DNA from: Lysobacteraceae bacterium | GTDB taxonomy: Bacteria > Pseudomonadota > Gammaproteobacteria > Xanthomonadales > Xanthomonadaceae | DNA length: 64,000 nt | Assembly (NCBI GenBank): GCA_024508915.1 | Contig: JANINR010000005.1 | Coordinates: forward strand, 1,169-65,168 | Reading direction: 5' to 3' | Part shown: positions 8,983 to 17,877 of the stretch, piece by piece | Position numbering within the stretch: position 1 is the first letter of the stretch | Layout of the letters: the number at the start of each line of letters is the position of its first letter | Position numbers and translations under genes: made by a program | The notes under the pieces: generated by a model | The model's database searches: none | Told to the model about the DNA's origin: nothing | What the model saw: only the letters and a program-made list of their open reading frames with translations

Positions 8983-10128
8983 ATGGCCCGCGCACCTGCA
9001 TCGATCCTCGGCCTGCTCCTCCTCTGCGCTAGTGCCCCGGCCGTCGCTCTGGGCAGCGCCGCCGCCGCGACTTCGCCTGGCGAGCCCCCGGTGGCCGCCG
9101 CGACGCTGCCGGTGGCGCCGCTGCTGGTCCGGGCTCGCGACGGGCAGGACCTCAATTTCGACCTGGTGTTCGACAACCCCGGCGGCACGGACCTGGAACT
9201 GCTGGGCGTGGAAGCGACGTGGTACGACCGCGCCGGTCGTTTCCTCGGCCAGCGCCGGCTCGACCGCAACGGCGACGACACGACGATGGGCATCGCCACC
9301 ATTCCGAACCGCAGGCTGCCGGCGCACGGGCGCCTGGTGCTGTTCAATCCGTTCCAGCGCTTTCCGGCGGACCTGTGGCTCGGCGAGGTGCGCTACGAGG
9401 CGGTGTTCGCCCCGGCGGGCGGCGCGCCGGAACGACGCGCCGCGTTGCGCATCGCGCCACGCGCCTGGCGGCCGGCCACCCGCCTGTCGCTTCCGCTGGA
9501 TGGCGCCGTGTTCGTGCACGACGGGCACGACCTCACCGCGCACCACCGTCGCCTCGACATCACCGGCGGGATGACCACGCATTTCGGCATCCGCGCCAAC
9601 TTCATGCGCTACGCGCACGATTTCGTCGTGCCCGACGCCGAGGGAAGGCTGTATCGCGGAGACGGCGCGGCGCCGGAGGACTGGTACGGTTTCGGGGCGG
9701 CGATTCGCGCGACGGGCGACGGCGTGGTGGCAGAGGTACACGACGGCATGCCGGACAACCGCAAGGGCGCACCGCCTCCCTTCGACCGCGATGCGATCAT
9801 GCGCAACCTCAAGCTGTTCCTCGGCAACTACGTGGTCATCGACCACGGAAACGGCGAATCCAGCCTGTTCGCGCACATGAAGCAGGGGAGCGTCCGCGTG
9901 CGGGCGGGGCAGCGCGTGTCGCGCGGCGAACCCATCGGGGCGATGGGCATGTCCGGCGACGCGTTCCTGGTGCACCTCCATTACCAGTTGCAGTCCGGCA
10001 CCGGCTTCGGCGAGGGCCTGCCGGCGGTGTTCGACGGCGTGCGCTTCGCGACCGGGGACGGTTGGTCGCCGCCCCGCACCTCGCCGGTCGACAGCGGCGA
10101 CCTCGTGAGTGGCGCCCCCGCGCGCTGA
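8983..10128 (+). CDS. secreted M23 family metallopeptidase
   Basis: Signal peptide MARAPASILGLLLLCASAPAVALG; HRRLD (HxxxD) and VHLHYQL (HxH) LytM-type motifs; HGNGESSLFAHM. Confidence 0.85.
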   Translation: MARAPASILGLLLLCASAPAVALGSAAAATSPGEPPVAAATLPVAPLLVRARDGQDLNFDLVFDNPGGTDLELLGVEATWYDRAGRFLGQRRLDRNGDDTTMGIATIPNRRLPAHGRLVLFNPFQRFPADLWLGEVRYEAVFAPAGGAPERRAALRIAPRAWRPATRLSLPLDGAVFVHDGHDLTAHHRRLDITGGMTTHFGIRANFMRYAHDFVVPDAEGRLYRGDGAAPEDWYGFGAAIRATGDGVVAEVHDGMPDNRKGAPPPFDRDAIMRNLKLFLGNYVVIDHGNGESSLFAHMKQGSVRVRAGQRVSRGEPIGAMGMSGDAFLVHLHYQLQSGTGFGEGLPAVFDGVRFATGDGWSPPRTSPVDSGDLVSGAPAR

Positions 10129-10146
10129 CGCCGCGGGACGCCGGGA

Positions 10147-11013
10147 TCAGCCCGGGAGCGTGTACTCGAAGTCGTAGAAGTGCTTGCCCTGCTCGACGCT
10201 GATCCGCAACGAACCCTCGAGTCGTTCCAGTTCGCCGGTGCCCGAGCCGGGCACCACCACCACGCTCCATTCCTCGGGGGTCCCGTCGCGCATCAGCGCG
10301 CGGTGCACGAGCGCGAAACTGCCGGCGCGGCCGTGCAGCGTGCCGGTGACGCGTTCAAGCGCCACGTACGCGCCGTCCTTCCGGTCGGCGCCGCCGTCGG
10401 CGAGCATTTCGCCCCGGCCGACCGCATCGAGCGGGCCTTCGTAGCGCTTGTCCAGCGACAGCCGGGCGAGTGCCGCCGCCTGCGCCGGCGGGTTGTCGGG
10501 CGACTGCGGCACGACCTTCACCGCGAACGTACCGTGTGCGCGTCGCGCGGGATGCGACGAGCCCAGCGCGATGTGCATGGCGAGCGGGGTGCCGTGCGGC
10601 TCCGACTCGCGCGCATCTTCCGACGCCTGCGGCCGGGCCGCGGGCTCGGGCCTCTGCAGCCAGGCCACCGCGGCATCGAACTCGCGGAAGCGACGGATCT
10701 CGACGCCCACCTCGTGCGCCTTCGTCTCCACCGCTGCGTCGAGCTGGTGGTCGTAGGTGACCAGCCAGGCCGCGCGCAGGTGCCGGCCCCGCACCGCGCC
10801 CGCCATGTATTCGGCGAGCGCTTCCGCGGACGCCTCGTCGGTACTGGACGTGCTGGCGCGGCGGAAATCCAGGAGGAATCGCCGCATCCCGTGGGACGCG
10901 CCGTTCGCCAGCGCGGTTTCGGCCACCGCGCGCCGCTCTGCGATGGTGACGACGCCGGAATAGCGCACCCACAGCAGCTGCCGTTCCTGGTCGACGACGA
11001 GTTCGTAGGGCAT
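10147..11013 (-). CDS. STAS-like domain fused to DUF3224 domain protein
   Basis: N-terminal MPYELVVDQERQLLWVRYSGVVTIAERRAV... (STAS/SpoIIAA-like pattern). C-terminal GTFAVKVV...GEMLADGG...YVALERVTGTLHGRAGSFALVH...VVVPGSGTGELERLEG matches DUF3224. Single frame with no stop between the halves. ATG at 11013. Confidence 0.7.
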   Translation of the reverse strand: MPYELVVDQERQLLWVRYSGVVTIAERRAVAETALANGASHGMRRFLLDFRRASTSSTDEASAEALAEYMAGAVRGRHLRAAWLVTYDHQLDAAVETKAHEVGVEIRRFREFDAAVAWLQRPEPAARPQASEDARESEPHGTPLAMHIALGSSHPARRAHGTFAVKVVPQSPDNPPAQAAALARLSLDKRYEGPLDAVGRGEMLADGGADRKDGAYVALERVTGTLHGRAGSFALVHRALMRDGTPEEWSVVVVPGSGTGELERLEGSLRISVEQGKHFYDFEYTLPG

Positions 11014-11179
11014 GCGTGCGCTCCGCAGGGGGACGCGCATCTTACGGCAGCGGGCATGACGGCGACGAGGTGGGCGCACCGGGGCGAACGGAAGGCAGCG
11101 CGCACCCCGTCGAGCGCGGGTCGCCTTTGACCGGCCGCGCACCGCCGGCCTAGCGTCGGGGGCGCGAGGGAACGCCAAC

Positions 11180-12211
11180 ATGGAAGGGAAGCTCATGCAT
11201 CTCAAGCACAAGATGGCACTCGTCGCCGCGCTCGTCATGGCGGTTTCCTCCGGAGCCCGTGCGACGCCCGAGGGCCGTTCGGCCCCGGGCCGACAGCCCG
11301 GGCAGCACCTGATGACCTCGCCGGGCATGAGTTATTGCGATCCGTTCGTGGGGTGGGATTGGGAGCACGAAAACGGCGATTCGAGCGAGTTTCGTGCCCC
11401 GGGGCGTCCGGGCGCGCGGGCGCGTCGCGAGGCCGCCGGCGCCGCGAGCGTGATCGGCACCACGCCCGAGGCGATCGAGCGCAACTTCATCGGCGTGGTG
11501 ACGCGCAATCTGGCCAATGCAAGCACCGCCAGTCGCGTGGCGCGGTTGAGCGATCGCGAGCTCGAAGCGATCGCGCGCCACGCGGCGCAGGGCGTGCCGA
11601 CGGAGCGGGCCGCGTTGCTGAAGCTGTTTGCGACGCGGCTGGATGGCGTCGCCCTTGTCCGTGTGGCCCGCGCGTTCGGTCGCGCCCCGGTGGACACGGC
11701 GGTGCGAACCTATGCCGATGCGGAAACCCGGGCGATGTTCGCGAGCGCCGTCGCCGGCCTGGCCACCCTCGCGCCGGAAGGCGGCGGCAGGAGCGGTGGC
11801 GGCTCGTACCCGCGACCCAACCTCAACATGACGCTCGAGGAGATCTATCTCGAGTTCCGCACGGCGCCGGTAGGGAGCCTGAGCGCTTCCGCGTCGATCG
11901 CGGAGACGTCGATGTACGCGGGGACCTGGCTCTACGCTTCCTACAAGGTCGGCCAGGCGGTCGGAAGCGAGATCCACGATCTGATCGTCGAGTACGACCC
12001 CGGCCTGGACCAGGCCATCGGGGCGACCGTGGGTAGCATGATCGACAACTTCTGGCTGGCGACCGACGCTGTCCAGCAAGGGCATTTCGAGGCCGCATTC
12101 GACGCCCTGTTCGGTTTTCCCGTGACCTGGAGTAGCGATCCGTTCGGCGATTGGGGCGTCAGCGCCCAAATGATCGATTATTACGAGTGGAGCAGTACCT
12201 GCGGCTACTGA
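11180..12211 (+). CDS. hypothetical secreted protein (no recognisable family)
   Basis: Signal peptide (M)HLKHKMALVAALVMAVSSGARA, Gly-rich linker GGGRSGGGS and an aromatic-rich C-terminal domain ending ...YYEWSSTCGY. About 23-24% A/T-ending codons in sampled stretches versus under 10% in neighbours. Alternative ATG at 11195. Confidence 0.7.
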   Translation: MEGKLMHLKHKMALVAALVMAVSSGARATPEGRSAPGRQPGQHLMTSPGMSYCDPFVGWDWEHENGDSSEFRAPGRPGARARREAAGAASVIGTTPEAIERNFIGVVTRNLANASTASRVARLSDRELEAIARHAAQGVPTERAALLKLFATRLDGVALVRVARAFGRAPVDTAVRTYADAETRAMFASAVAGLATLAPEGGGRSGGGSYPRPNLNMTLEEIYLEFRTAPVGSLSASASIAETSMYAGTWLYASYKVGQAVGSEIHDLIVEYDPGLDQAIGATVGSMIDNFWLATDAVQQGHFEAAFDALFGFPVTWSSDPFGDWGVSAQMIDYYEWSSTCGY

Positions 12212-12270
12212 AGCGCAGGAGCACCGGAGCGCCATGCATGCGCAGGCGCTCCATCCAACACGGAGGTTGC

Positions 12271-12573
12271 ATGTCGAAATTCGAGGTCAAGCCTGGTAGG
12301 GGCCGCCGCGTGTTCGCGATCGTCCTCGCTGTCATGGGGGCCGGGTGGCTCGTCCTCGGGGATCGCGCATCGTCGCGCGTCTTCGCCGCCATCCTGCTGC
12401 TGTCGGCGTGGGACATGGCCTTCCTTCCTTCGCTTCCGTTCAACCTCACGCTGGGCCAGATCTACAGGCATGCCCGGGGAGGTTGGCGGATGTCCGTGGC
12501 AGCGAGGGTAATCAACGTTGCCTGCTTCGGGCTCACGGTCCTCGCGATCTATCTCCAGCTCCACGGGCGTTGA
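12271..12573 (+). CDS. small 3-TM membrane protein (hypothetical)
   Basis: 100 aa. GGAGG lies 5 nt upstream of the ATG at 12271. Three hydrophobic segments. Rare AGG/CCT/GGT codons. Starts 60 nt after the preceding orphan gene. Confidence 0.6.
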   Translation: MSKFEVKPGRGRRVFAIVLAVMGAGWLVLGDRASSRVFAAILLLSAWDMAFLPSLPFNLTLGQIYRHARGGWRMSVAARVINVACFGLTVLAIYLQLHGR

Positions 12574-12675
12574 GGGCCGGCGGGCCGGCATGACTTCCAG
12601 CGCTTGACGCAGCTCGCCCGCGAGCCGCAGCGTGGCCGCCTTCGCGCCCCGTGCCGGCGCCATCGGGAATCGACC

Positions 12676-14799
12676 ATGCGACCTGTCCAACCCAGCCTTC
12701 GCCGCGCGCTGCTCGCCACCGCCCTGGCCGTGTGCATCGCGGCGCCCGCGACCGCCGCCGACGCCGGCACCGCGACCGCGACCGGCGGGACCGCCCGCAG
12801 CCACGGCGGCAGCGACGCAGTCCCCGCGGCCGGCAAGTCCGCGCCCGACTTCCTCGCGTCGCACATGGACCGCTCGGTGGATCCCGGCGTCGACTTCTTC
12901 GAATACGCCAACGGCGCGTGGTTGAAGGCGAACCCGATCCCGTCGTCGGAGTCGGCCTGGGGCATCGGCAACGCGGTGGACGAGCAGCTGTATGCCAGCC
13001 TCCGCACGATCAACGAAGATGCGGCGAAGGCCGCGGCCACCCCCGGCACCGACCAGCAGAAGATCGGCGACTTCTGGGCGACGGCCATGGACACGGCACT
13101 CGCCGAGCGCCTCGGCGCCGCGCCGCTGCGGGAGCCGCTCGCGCGCATCGACGCCATCGCCACGCCCGCGGATGCGATCGACGCGGTGTTCGCGTTCAAG
13201 CCGATCGGCGTGGGCGGCCTGTTCCGCATCGGCGTCGGCCAGGACGACAAGGCCAGCGACACGATGGCGGTGAACATCCGCCAGGGCGGCCTGGGCCTGC
13301 CGGAGCGCGACTTCTACTTCAATCCCGAACAGGGCGTGGCGAAGATCCGCGCCGAATACGTCGACCACATCGCGCGCAGCCTGCAGTTGCTGGGCCGCGA
13401 CGAGGCCGGTGCGAAGGCCGCGGCGGCGCGCGTCATGCAGTTCGAGACCGCCCTCGCGACCGCGTCGCGCAAGCTCGCCGACCTGCGCGATCCCGAGAAG
13501 AACTACAACCGCATGTCGCCCGCGGAGCTGACGGCGAAGGTCACGCCGTCGATCGACTGGACGGCGCGCCTGGGCGCCTGGGGCATCCATCCGGACTACG
13601 TCATCGTCGGCCAGCCCGAGTTCCTGGCGGCGATGGACAAGCTGGTGGCCGCGACCCCGGTGCCGGTGCTGCAGGACTACCTCCGCTACCACCTGGTCGA
13701 CGACTACGCGCCGTACCTGTCGCAGGCCTTCGACCAGGAGCACTTCCGCTTCCACGGCCAGGCGATGTCCGGCCAGAAGGAGCAGCGGGAGCGCTGGAAG
13801 CGCGCGCTCGACGAGGAAGGCGACGCGATGGGCATGGTGCTCGGCCGCATCTTCGTCAAGGAATACTTCCCCGAGGCGTCGAAGCAGCGCTACACCGCGA
13901 TGGTGGAAGCGATCCGCGGCACCTTGCGCGACCGCATCGAGCGCCTGGACTGGATGGGCGCCGGCACCAAGGAAAAGGCGCTCGCCAAGCTCGCCGCGAT
14001 CACGCCGAAGGTCGGCTATCCCGACAAGTGGAAGGACTATTCGGCGCTGCAGGTCGGCCGCGAGTCCTACGCGGCCAACATGATGTCCGCCGCGCGCTGG
14101 CGCTTCCAGGACAACCTGGCGAAGTTCGGCAAGCCGGTCGACCGCACCGAGTGGGAGATGACCCCGCAGACCTACAACGCGTACTACAACCCGTCGAACA
14201 ACGAGATCGTGCTGCCGGCGGCGATCTTCACCGTTCCGGGCGTGCCCGACGCGCAGGTGGACGACGCCGTCGCCTACGGCTACGCGGCGGCCAGCACGAT
14301 CGGCCACGAGATCACGCACGGCTTCGACGACGAGGGCCGCCAGTACGACGCGAAGGGCAACCTGTCGGGCTGGTGGACGAAGGAAGACGAGGCGCGATTC
14401 AACGCCGCCGCGCAGAAGATGGTCGCGCAGTTCGACGCCTACGAGCCGCTGCCGGGCCTGCACATCAACGGCAAGGCCAGCCTCGGCGAGAACATCGCCG
14501 ACTACGGCGGCGTGCTGCTGGGACTCGAGGCGTTCAAGAAGACCGACCAGTACAAGGCGGGCAAGGAGATCGGCGGCCTGACGCCCACGCAGCGCTACTT
14601 CCTCGGCTATGCGCTGGGCTGGCTGTACCAGCAGCGCGACGAGCGCCTGCGCGCGCGCCTGCTGTCGGACGTGCACGCGCCGGCGAAGTGGCGCGTGCTC
14701 GGGCCGATGTCGAACATCCCGGAGTTCTACGAGGCCTTCGGCGTCAAGCCCGGCCAGCCGATGTGGCGCCCGGAGGACCAGCGCGTCCATATCTGGTAG
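12676..14799 (+). CDS. pepO: M13 family metallopeptidase (PepO / endothelin-converting-enzyme-like), exported
   Basis: Signal peptide MRPVQPSLRRALLATALAVCIAAPATA; HEITHGFDDEG (HExxH); GENIADYGG (ExxxD). Confidence 0.93.
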   Translation: MRPVQPSLRRALLATALAVCIAAPATAADAGTATATGGTARSHGGSDAVPAAGKSAPDFLASHMDRSVDPGVDFFEYANGAWLKANPIPSSESAWGIGNAVDEQLYASLRTINEDAAKAAATPGTDQQKIGDFWATAMDTALAERLGAAPLREPLARIDAIATPADAIDAVFAFKPIGVGGLFRIGVGQDDKASDTMAVNIRQGGLGLPERDFYFNPEQGVAKIRAEYVDHIARSLQLLGRDEAGAKAAAARVMQFETALATASRKLADLRDPEKNYNRMSPAELTAKVTPSIDWTARLGAWGIHPDYVIVGQPEFLAAMDKLVAATPVPVLQDYLRYHLVDDYAPYLSQAFDQEHFRFHGQAMSGQKEQRERWKRALDEEGDAMGMVLGRIFVKEYFPEASKQRYTAMVEAIRGTLRDRIERLDWMGAGTKEKALAKLAAITPKVGYPDKWKDYSALQVGRESYAANMMSAARWRFQDNLAKFGKPVDRTEWEMTPQTYNAYYNPSNNEIVLPAAIFTVPGVPDAQVDDAVAYGYAAASTIGHEITHGFDDEGRQYDAKGNLSGWWTKEDEARFNAAAQKMVAQFDAYEPLPGLHINGKASLGENIADYGGVLLGLEAFKKTDQYKAGKEIGGLTPTQRYFLGYALGWLYQQRDERLRARLLSDVHAPAKWRVLGPMSNIPEFYEAFGVKPGQPMWRPEDQRVHIW

Positions 14800-14841
14800 A
14801 ACCTCCTGCGACTGCCAGGTGCTTTGAGCGCGAGGCCGCGG

Positions 14842-15516
14842 ATGCATCGACTCGACAATCCGTTCTGGTCCGCGCTGGACACCCTCCATCGCGACGTCGC
14901 ACTGCGCGAGGGCGATGTCGCGCGATATCCCGCCGACATGGCGCCGTTCCTGGGCGTGGCCGACGCGGACGCCGACATCGGCGCAGCGCTCGACGCGCTC
15001 GTCGCTCCGGGCGAAGCGGTGCTGATGCTCGGCGTCGCGCCCGGGCGGCTGCCGCGCGGGTGGCGCCTCGACCCGCTCGAGGAACTGGCGCAGCTTGCCT
15101 GCGACGCGCCGCTCGCGCTGGCGGACGGCCCGGACATTTGCGAACTCGGCGATGCCGACCGCGCCGACGTGCTGGCCCTGACCGCCCTGGTCTATCCGCA
15201 TTATTTCCGCGAACGGACGATGGACCTCGGCCGCTACATCGGCATCCGCGTCGACGGCCGCCTCGCGGCGATGGCCGGCGAGCGCCTCGGCACGCCCGCG
15301 CATCGCGAGATGAGCGCGATCTGCACCCATCCGGACTTCAACGGAAGGGGTTTCGCCCGGCGCCTCACGGCGCGGCTCACCAACGACACCCTCGCCGCGG
15401 GCCGCGGCCCGTTCCTGCACGTGAGCCAGCGCAACACGCGCGCGAAGGCCATGTACGAGCGGATGGGCTATCGGTTGCGGCGCACGATCCCGTTCTGGTC
15501 GCTGCAGCGCGCCTGA
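14842..15516 (+). CDS. GNAT family N-acetyltransferase
   Basis: C-terminal acetyl-CoA-binding-like region (THPDFNGRGFARRLTARL...AKAMYERMGY). ATG at 14842; the track start at 14824 is TTG. Confidence 0.8.
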   Translation: MHRLDNPFWSALDTLHRDVALREGDVARYPADMAPFLGVADADADIGAALDALVAPGEAVLMLGVAPGRLPRGWRLDPLEELAQLACDAPLALADGPDICELGDADRADVLALTALVYPHYFRERTMDLGRYIGIRVDGRLAAMAGERLGTPAHREMSAICTHPDFNGRGFARRLTARLTNDTLAAGRGPFLHVSQRNTRAKAMYERMGYRLRRTIPFWSLQRA

Positions 15517-15537
15517 GCCGGCGCGCCTCGCCCCGGG

Positions 15538-17790
15538 TCATTCGCCCGGGCGGTACGTGCGTTCGACGTGCCCGCGGCGCTGGTCCGGCCAGTAATAGAC
15601 CTCGCGCAGGTTGCCGCTGGCGTAGCGCTCGGCTTCGTCCTTGAAGTGCGGGGAGTCGGGGTGTCCGTTTTCGCCGCCGGCGGTGACGGCGCGTGCGCGT
15701 ACCCGGTCGCCGAATTCCACGACCGCCACGAAGCTGTTGCCGCTCGTGCCGTAATAGCGCTTCGTGCCGGGCCAGCGGTGCGCACCGAACGAGGCGAGCG
15801 AGCCCCAGCGCGAGGACACGAACGGCACCGGCGTGCTCGGCTTCGCGTCGTCGAACACCTGTTCGATCGCGCCGTCGTTGCGCTGGAAACGGTTGACGTC
15901 GCCCCAGGCCACGCCCCAGCTGCCGAAATCGCGCTCCAGCCGCGCCGCCGCGTCGGCCAGTGCCGCGAGGCGCGCCTCCCGGCTCGCTGGCGCCGCCATC
16001 ACGTCGTACAGCGGCGTGCGCGTGGCGCGCGCCTGTTCCGACAGCGCATCCCACAGCGTGTCGCCCCAGAACACCGCGAGCGTCGTCGGCATCGAGGCCA
16101 GGCCCCAGCGATGGTCCCACGGCCGCAGCAGGCCGACCGGTCCGCGCAACGCCGCCTTGCGCGGGTCGGAGGCAGGCAGCGCGTCGTAGTCGGCGACGAG
16201 CAGCGGCACCAGTACTTCGAACTCCGGCAGCTGCGGGTCGTAGGCGAGGGCGATCAGCGATGCCACGCTCATGTCGCCGGCCTTGCCGAGCAGGCGCATC
16301 GCATGCACGCCGCGCGGGTTCTCGCCGACGCTGTCCATGTAGCGCGGGAATGCCGCCTGCTTCGGGCTGTCGCCGGCCGCGGCCGAATACGGCCAGTTGT
16401 TGGTGTTGTAGACCCAGCCCGCCGACGGATCGACCACGCGCGGCTGGCGATCGAGCGGGGTGAGCCCCTTCCAGTCGGTGGCGGGGTCGCTGCCGTCGAC
16501 CGGTTGGGTGTAGTCGAAGCGGTCGTCGCGCAGGGGAATGAACTGCGGATGCAGGTAGGCGATCTCGCCCTTGTCGCTGGCGAACAGCGTGTTGTTCGAC
16601 GAATTGGCCCTCAGCTCGGCGACCTGGAGGTAGCTCGCGAGGTCGGTGGCCCTGGTGCGCAGCCAGCTCTGCTGCAGCGCCTCGACCGGACGGTTCATCA
16701 GCGCGGTCGCGATCCACTTGCCGTCCGCGGCGCGCACGATCGGGCCGTGGTGGGTGAAGTAGGCGGTGAACGTGCGCTGCGCCATCGAGCCGTCCGCGGC
16801 GCGGTACGGCACCACGATCTCGCGCGCCGTCACCGGCCGCAGCGCGTCGCCGTAGCGGTACGCCAGCTTCCCGCCGTCGCGGACGATGGTCTCGGCGAAT
16901 TCGTCGACCACGTCGGCGCCGGTCGAGGTGTGCATCCAGCCGATGTGCCGGTTGAAACCCTGGTAGACGAAGAACTGGCCCCATGTCGCCGCGCCGTAGG
17001 CATCCAGCCCTTCGTCGCTGGTCATCTGCAGCTCGGACCGGAAGAAGAACGAGGTGTGCGGGTTGATCAGCAGCAGCGCGTGGCCGTCGGCGGTGAGCTT
17101 CGGCGCGATGGCGATGCCGTTCGAACCGGTCGGCTCCCACCAGCTGGCCGGGTCGTCCGCCTTCGCCAGCGCGATGTCGCGCGCGGGATCGCGCTCGCCG
17201 CCGTAGAACGCGGCGAGCTGCCTGAGCGACACGCGCTCGATGTCACCGCCGATGCTGCCCTCGCTGAAGCTCAGCGCCATCCAGGGCTCGAAATGGCGGA
17301 TCACGCGCGGCTTCACGCCCGGATGCTTCGCGAGGTAGAAGTTCAGCCCGTCGGCCCAGGCCTGCATCAGTGCCTGCAACCACGCCGGGCTCGTGCCGTG
17401 AAGGCGCTGCAGCTCGGCCGGGTCGATGAACAGCTTCATCCGCAGGTCCTGCCAGATCGCGGATTCGCCCTCGGCTTCGGCGAGGCGGCCCATCGCGTTG
17501 ATGTAGTTGGTCTCGACGCGGTTGAAGTCGTCCTCGGCCTGCGCGTAGACCATGCCGAACACGGCGTCCGCGTCGGTGCGGCCGTGCACGTGGGCGATGC
17601 CCCAGTCGTCGCGCTCGATGGTGGTGGCGGCCGCGTGCCGTCGCCAGCGCGCCTGCTCGGCGGCGGTCGGCGTCGACGAGGCGACGCTCGCCTGCGGCGC
17701 GGCCGCCGCCGCGGACGCCGATGCGGCGTGCACCGGCGCGAACAACAGGGCGAGCGCGAACAACGCCGGCCTGGCGATGGATGCGGACAT
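15538..17790 (-). CDS. penicillin/acyl-homoserine-lactone acylase family (Ntn hydrolase, S45), exported
   Basis: Only the 3' 751 codons of the 2434-aa track ORF. Signal peptide MSASIARPALFALALLFAPVHA; DDWGIAHVHG; beta-subunit nucleophile TGSNGIAIAP. Confidence 0.9.
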   Translation of the reverse strand: MSASIARPALFALALLFAPVHAASASAAAAAPQASVASSTPTAAEQARWRRHAAATTIERDDWGIAHVHGRTDADAVFGMVYAQAEDDFNRVETNYINAMGRLAEAEGESAIWQDLRMKLFIDPAELQRLHGTSPAWLQALMQAWADGLNFYLAKHPGVKPRVIRHFEPWMALSFSEGSIGGDIERVSLRQLAAFYGGERDPARDIALAKADDPASWWEPTGSNGIAIAPKLTADGHALLLINPHTSFFFRSELQMTSDEGLDAYGAATWGQFFVYQGFNRHIGWMHTSTGADVVDEFAETIVRDGGKLAYRYGDALRPVTAREIVVPYRAADGSMAQRTFTAYFTHHGPIVRAADGKWIATALMNRPVEALQQSWLRTRATDLASYLQVAELRANSSNNTLFASDKGEIAYLHPQFIPLRDDRFDYTQPVDGSDPATDWKGLTPLDRQPRVVDPSAGWVYNTNNWPYSAAAGDSPKQAAFPRYMDSVGENPRGVHAMRLLGKAGDMSVASLIALAYDPQLPEFEVLVPLLVADYDALPASDPRKAALRGPVGLLRPWDHRWGLASMPTTLAVFWGDTLWDALSEQARATRTPLYDVMAAPASREARLAALADAAARLERDFGSWGVAWGDVNRFQRNDGAIEQVFDDAKPSTPVPFVSSRWGSLASFGAHRWPGTKRYYGTSGNSFVAVVEFGDRVRARAVTAGGENGHPDSPHFKDEAERYASGNLREVYYWPDQRRGHVERTYRPGE

Positions 17791-17877
17791 GGCGTGATCC
17801 CCGGAATTGCTTGACGCCGACCCTAGCACGGCGGCGCTATGCTCGCCGCTCGCCACTCCCCGCCACGGAGCACACGG

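Noticed and set aside
11014-11328. 105-codon N-terminal extension of the STAS-DUF3224 ORF (track start 11328)
   Set aside because: The extension is Arg/Cys/Pro-rich junk. The protein-like sequence begins at MPYELVV (ATG at 11013).
12205-15420. 1071-aa minus-strand ORF
   Set aside because: It is antisense to pepO and the GNAT gene, has Arg/Ala/Gly/Val-rich low-complexity translation, and carries no motifs.
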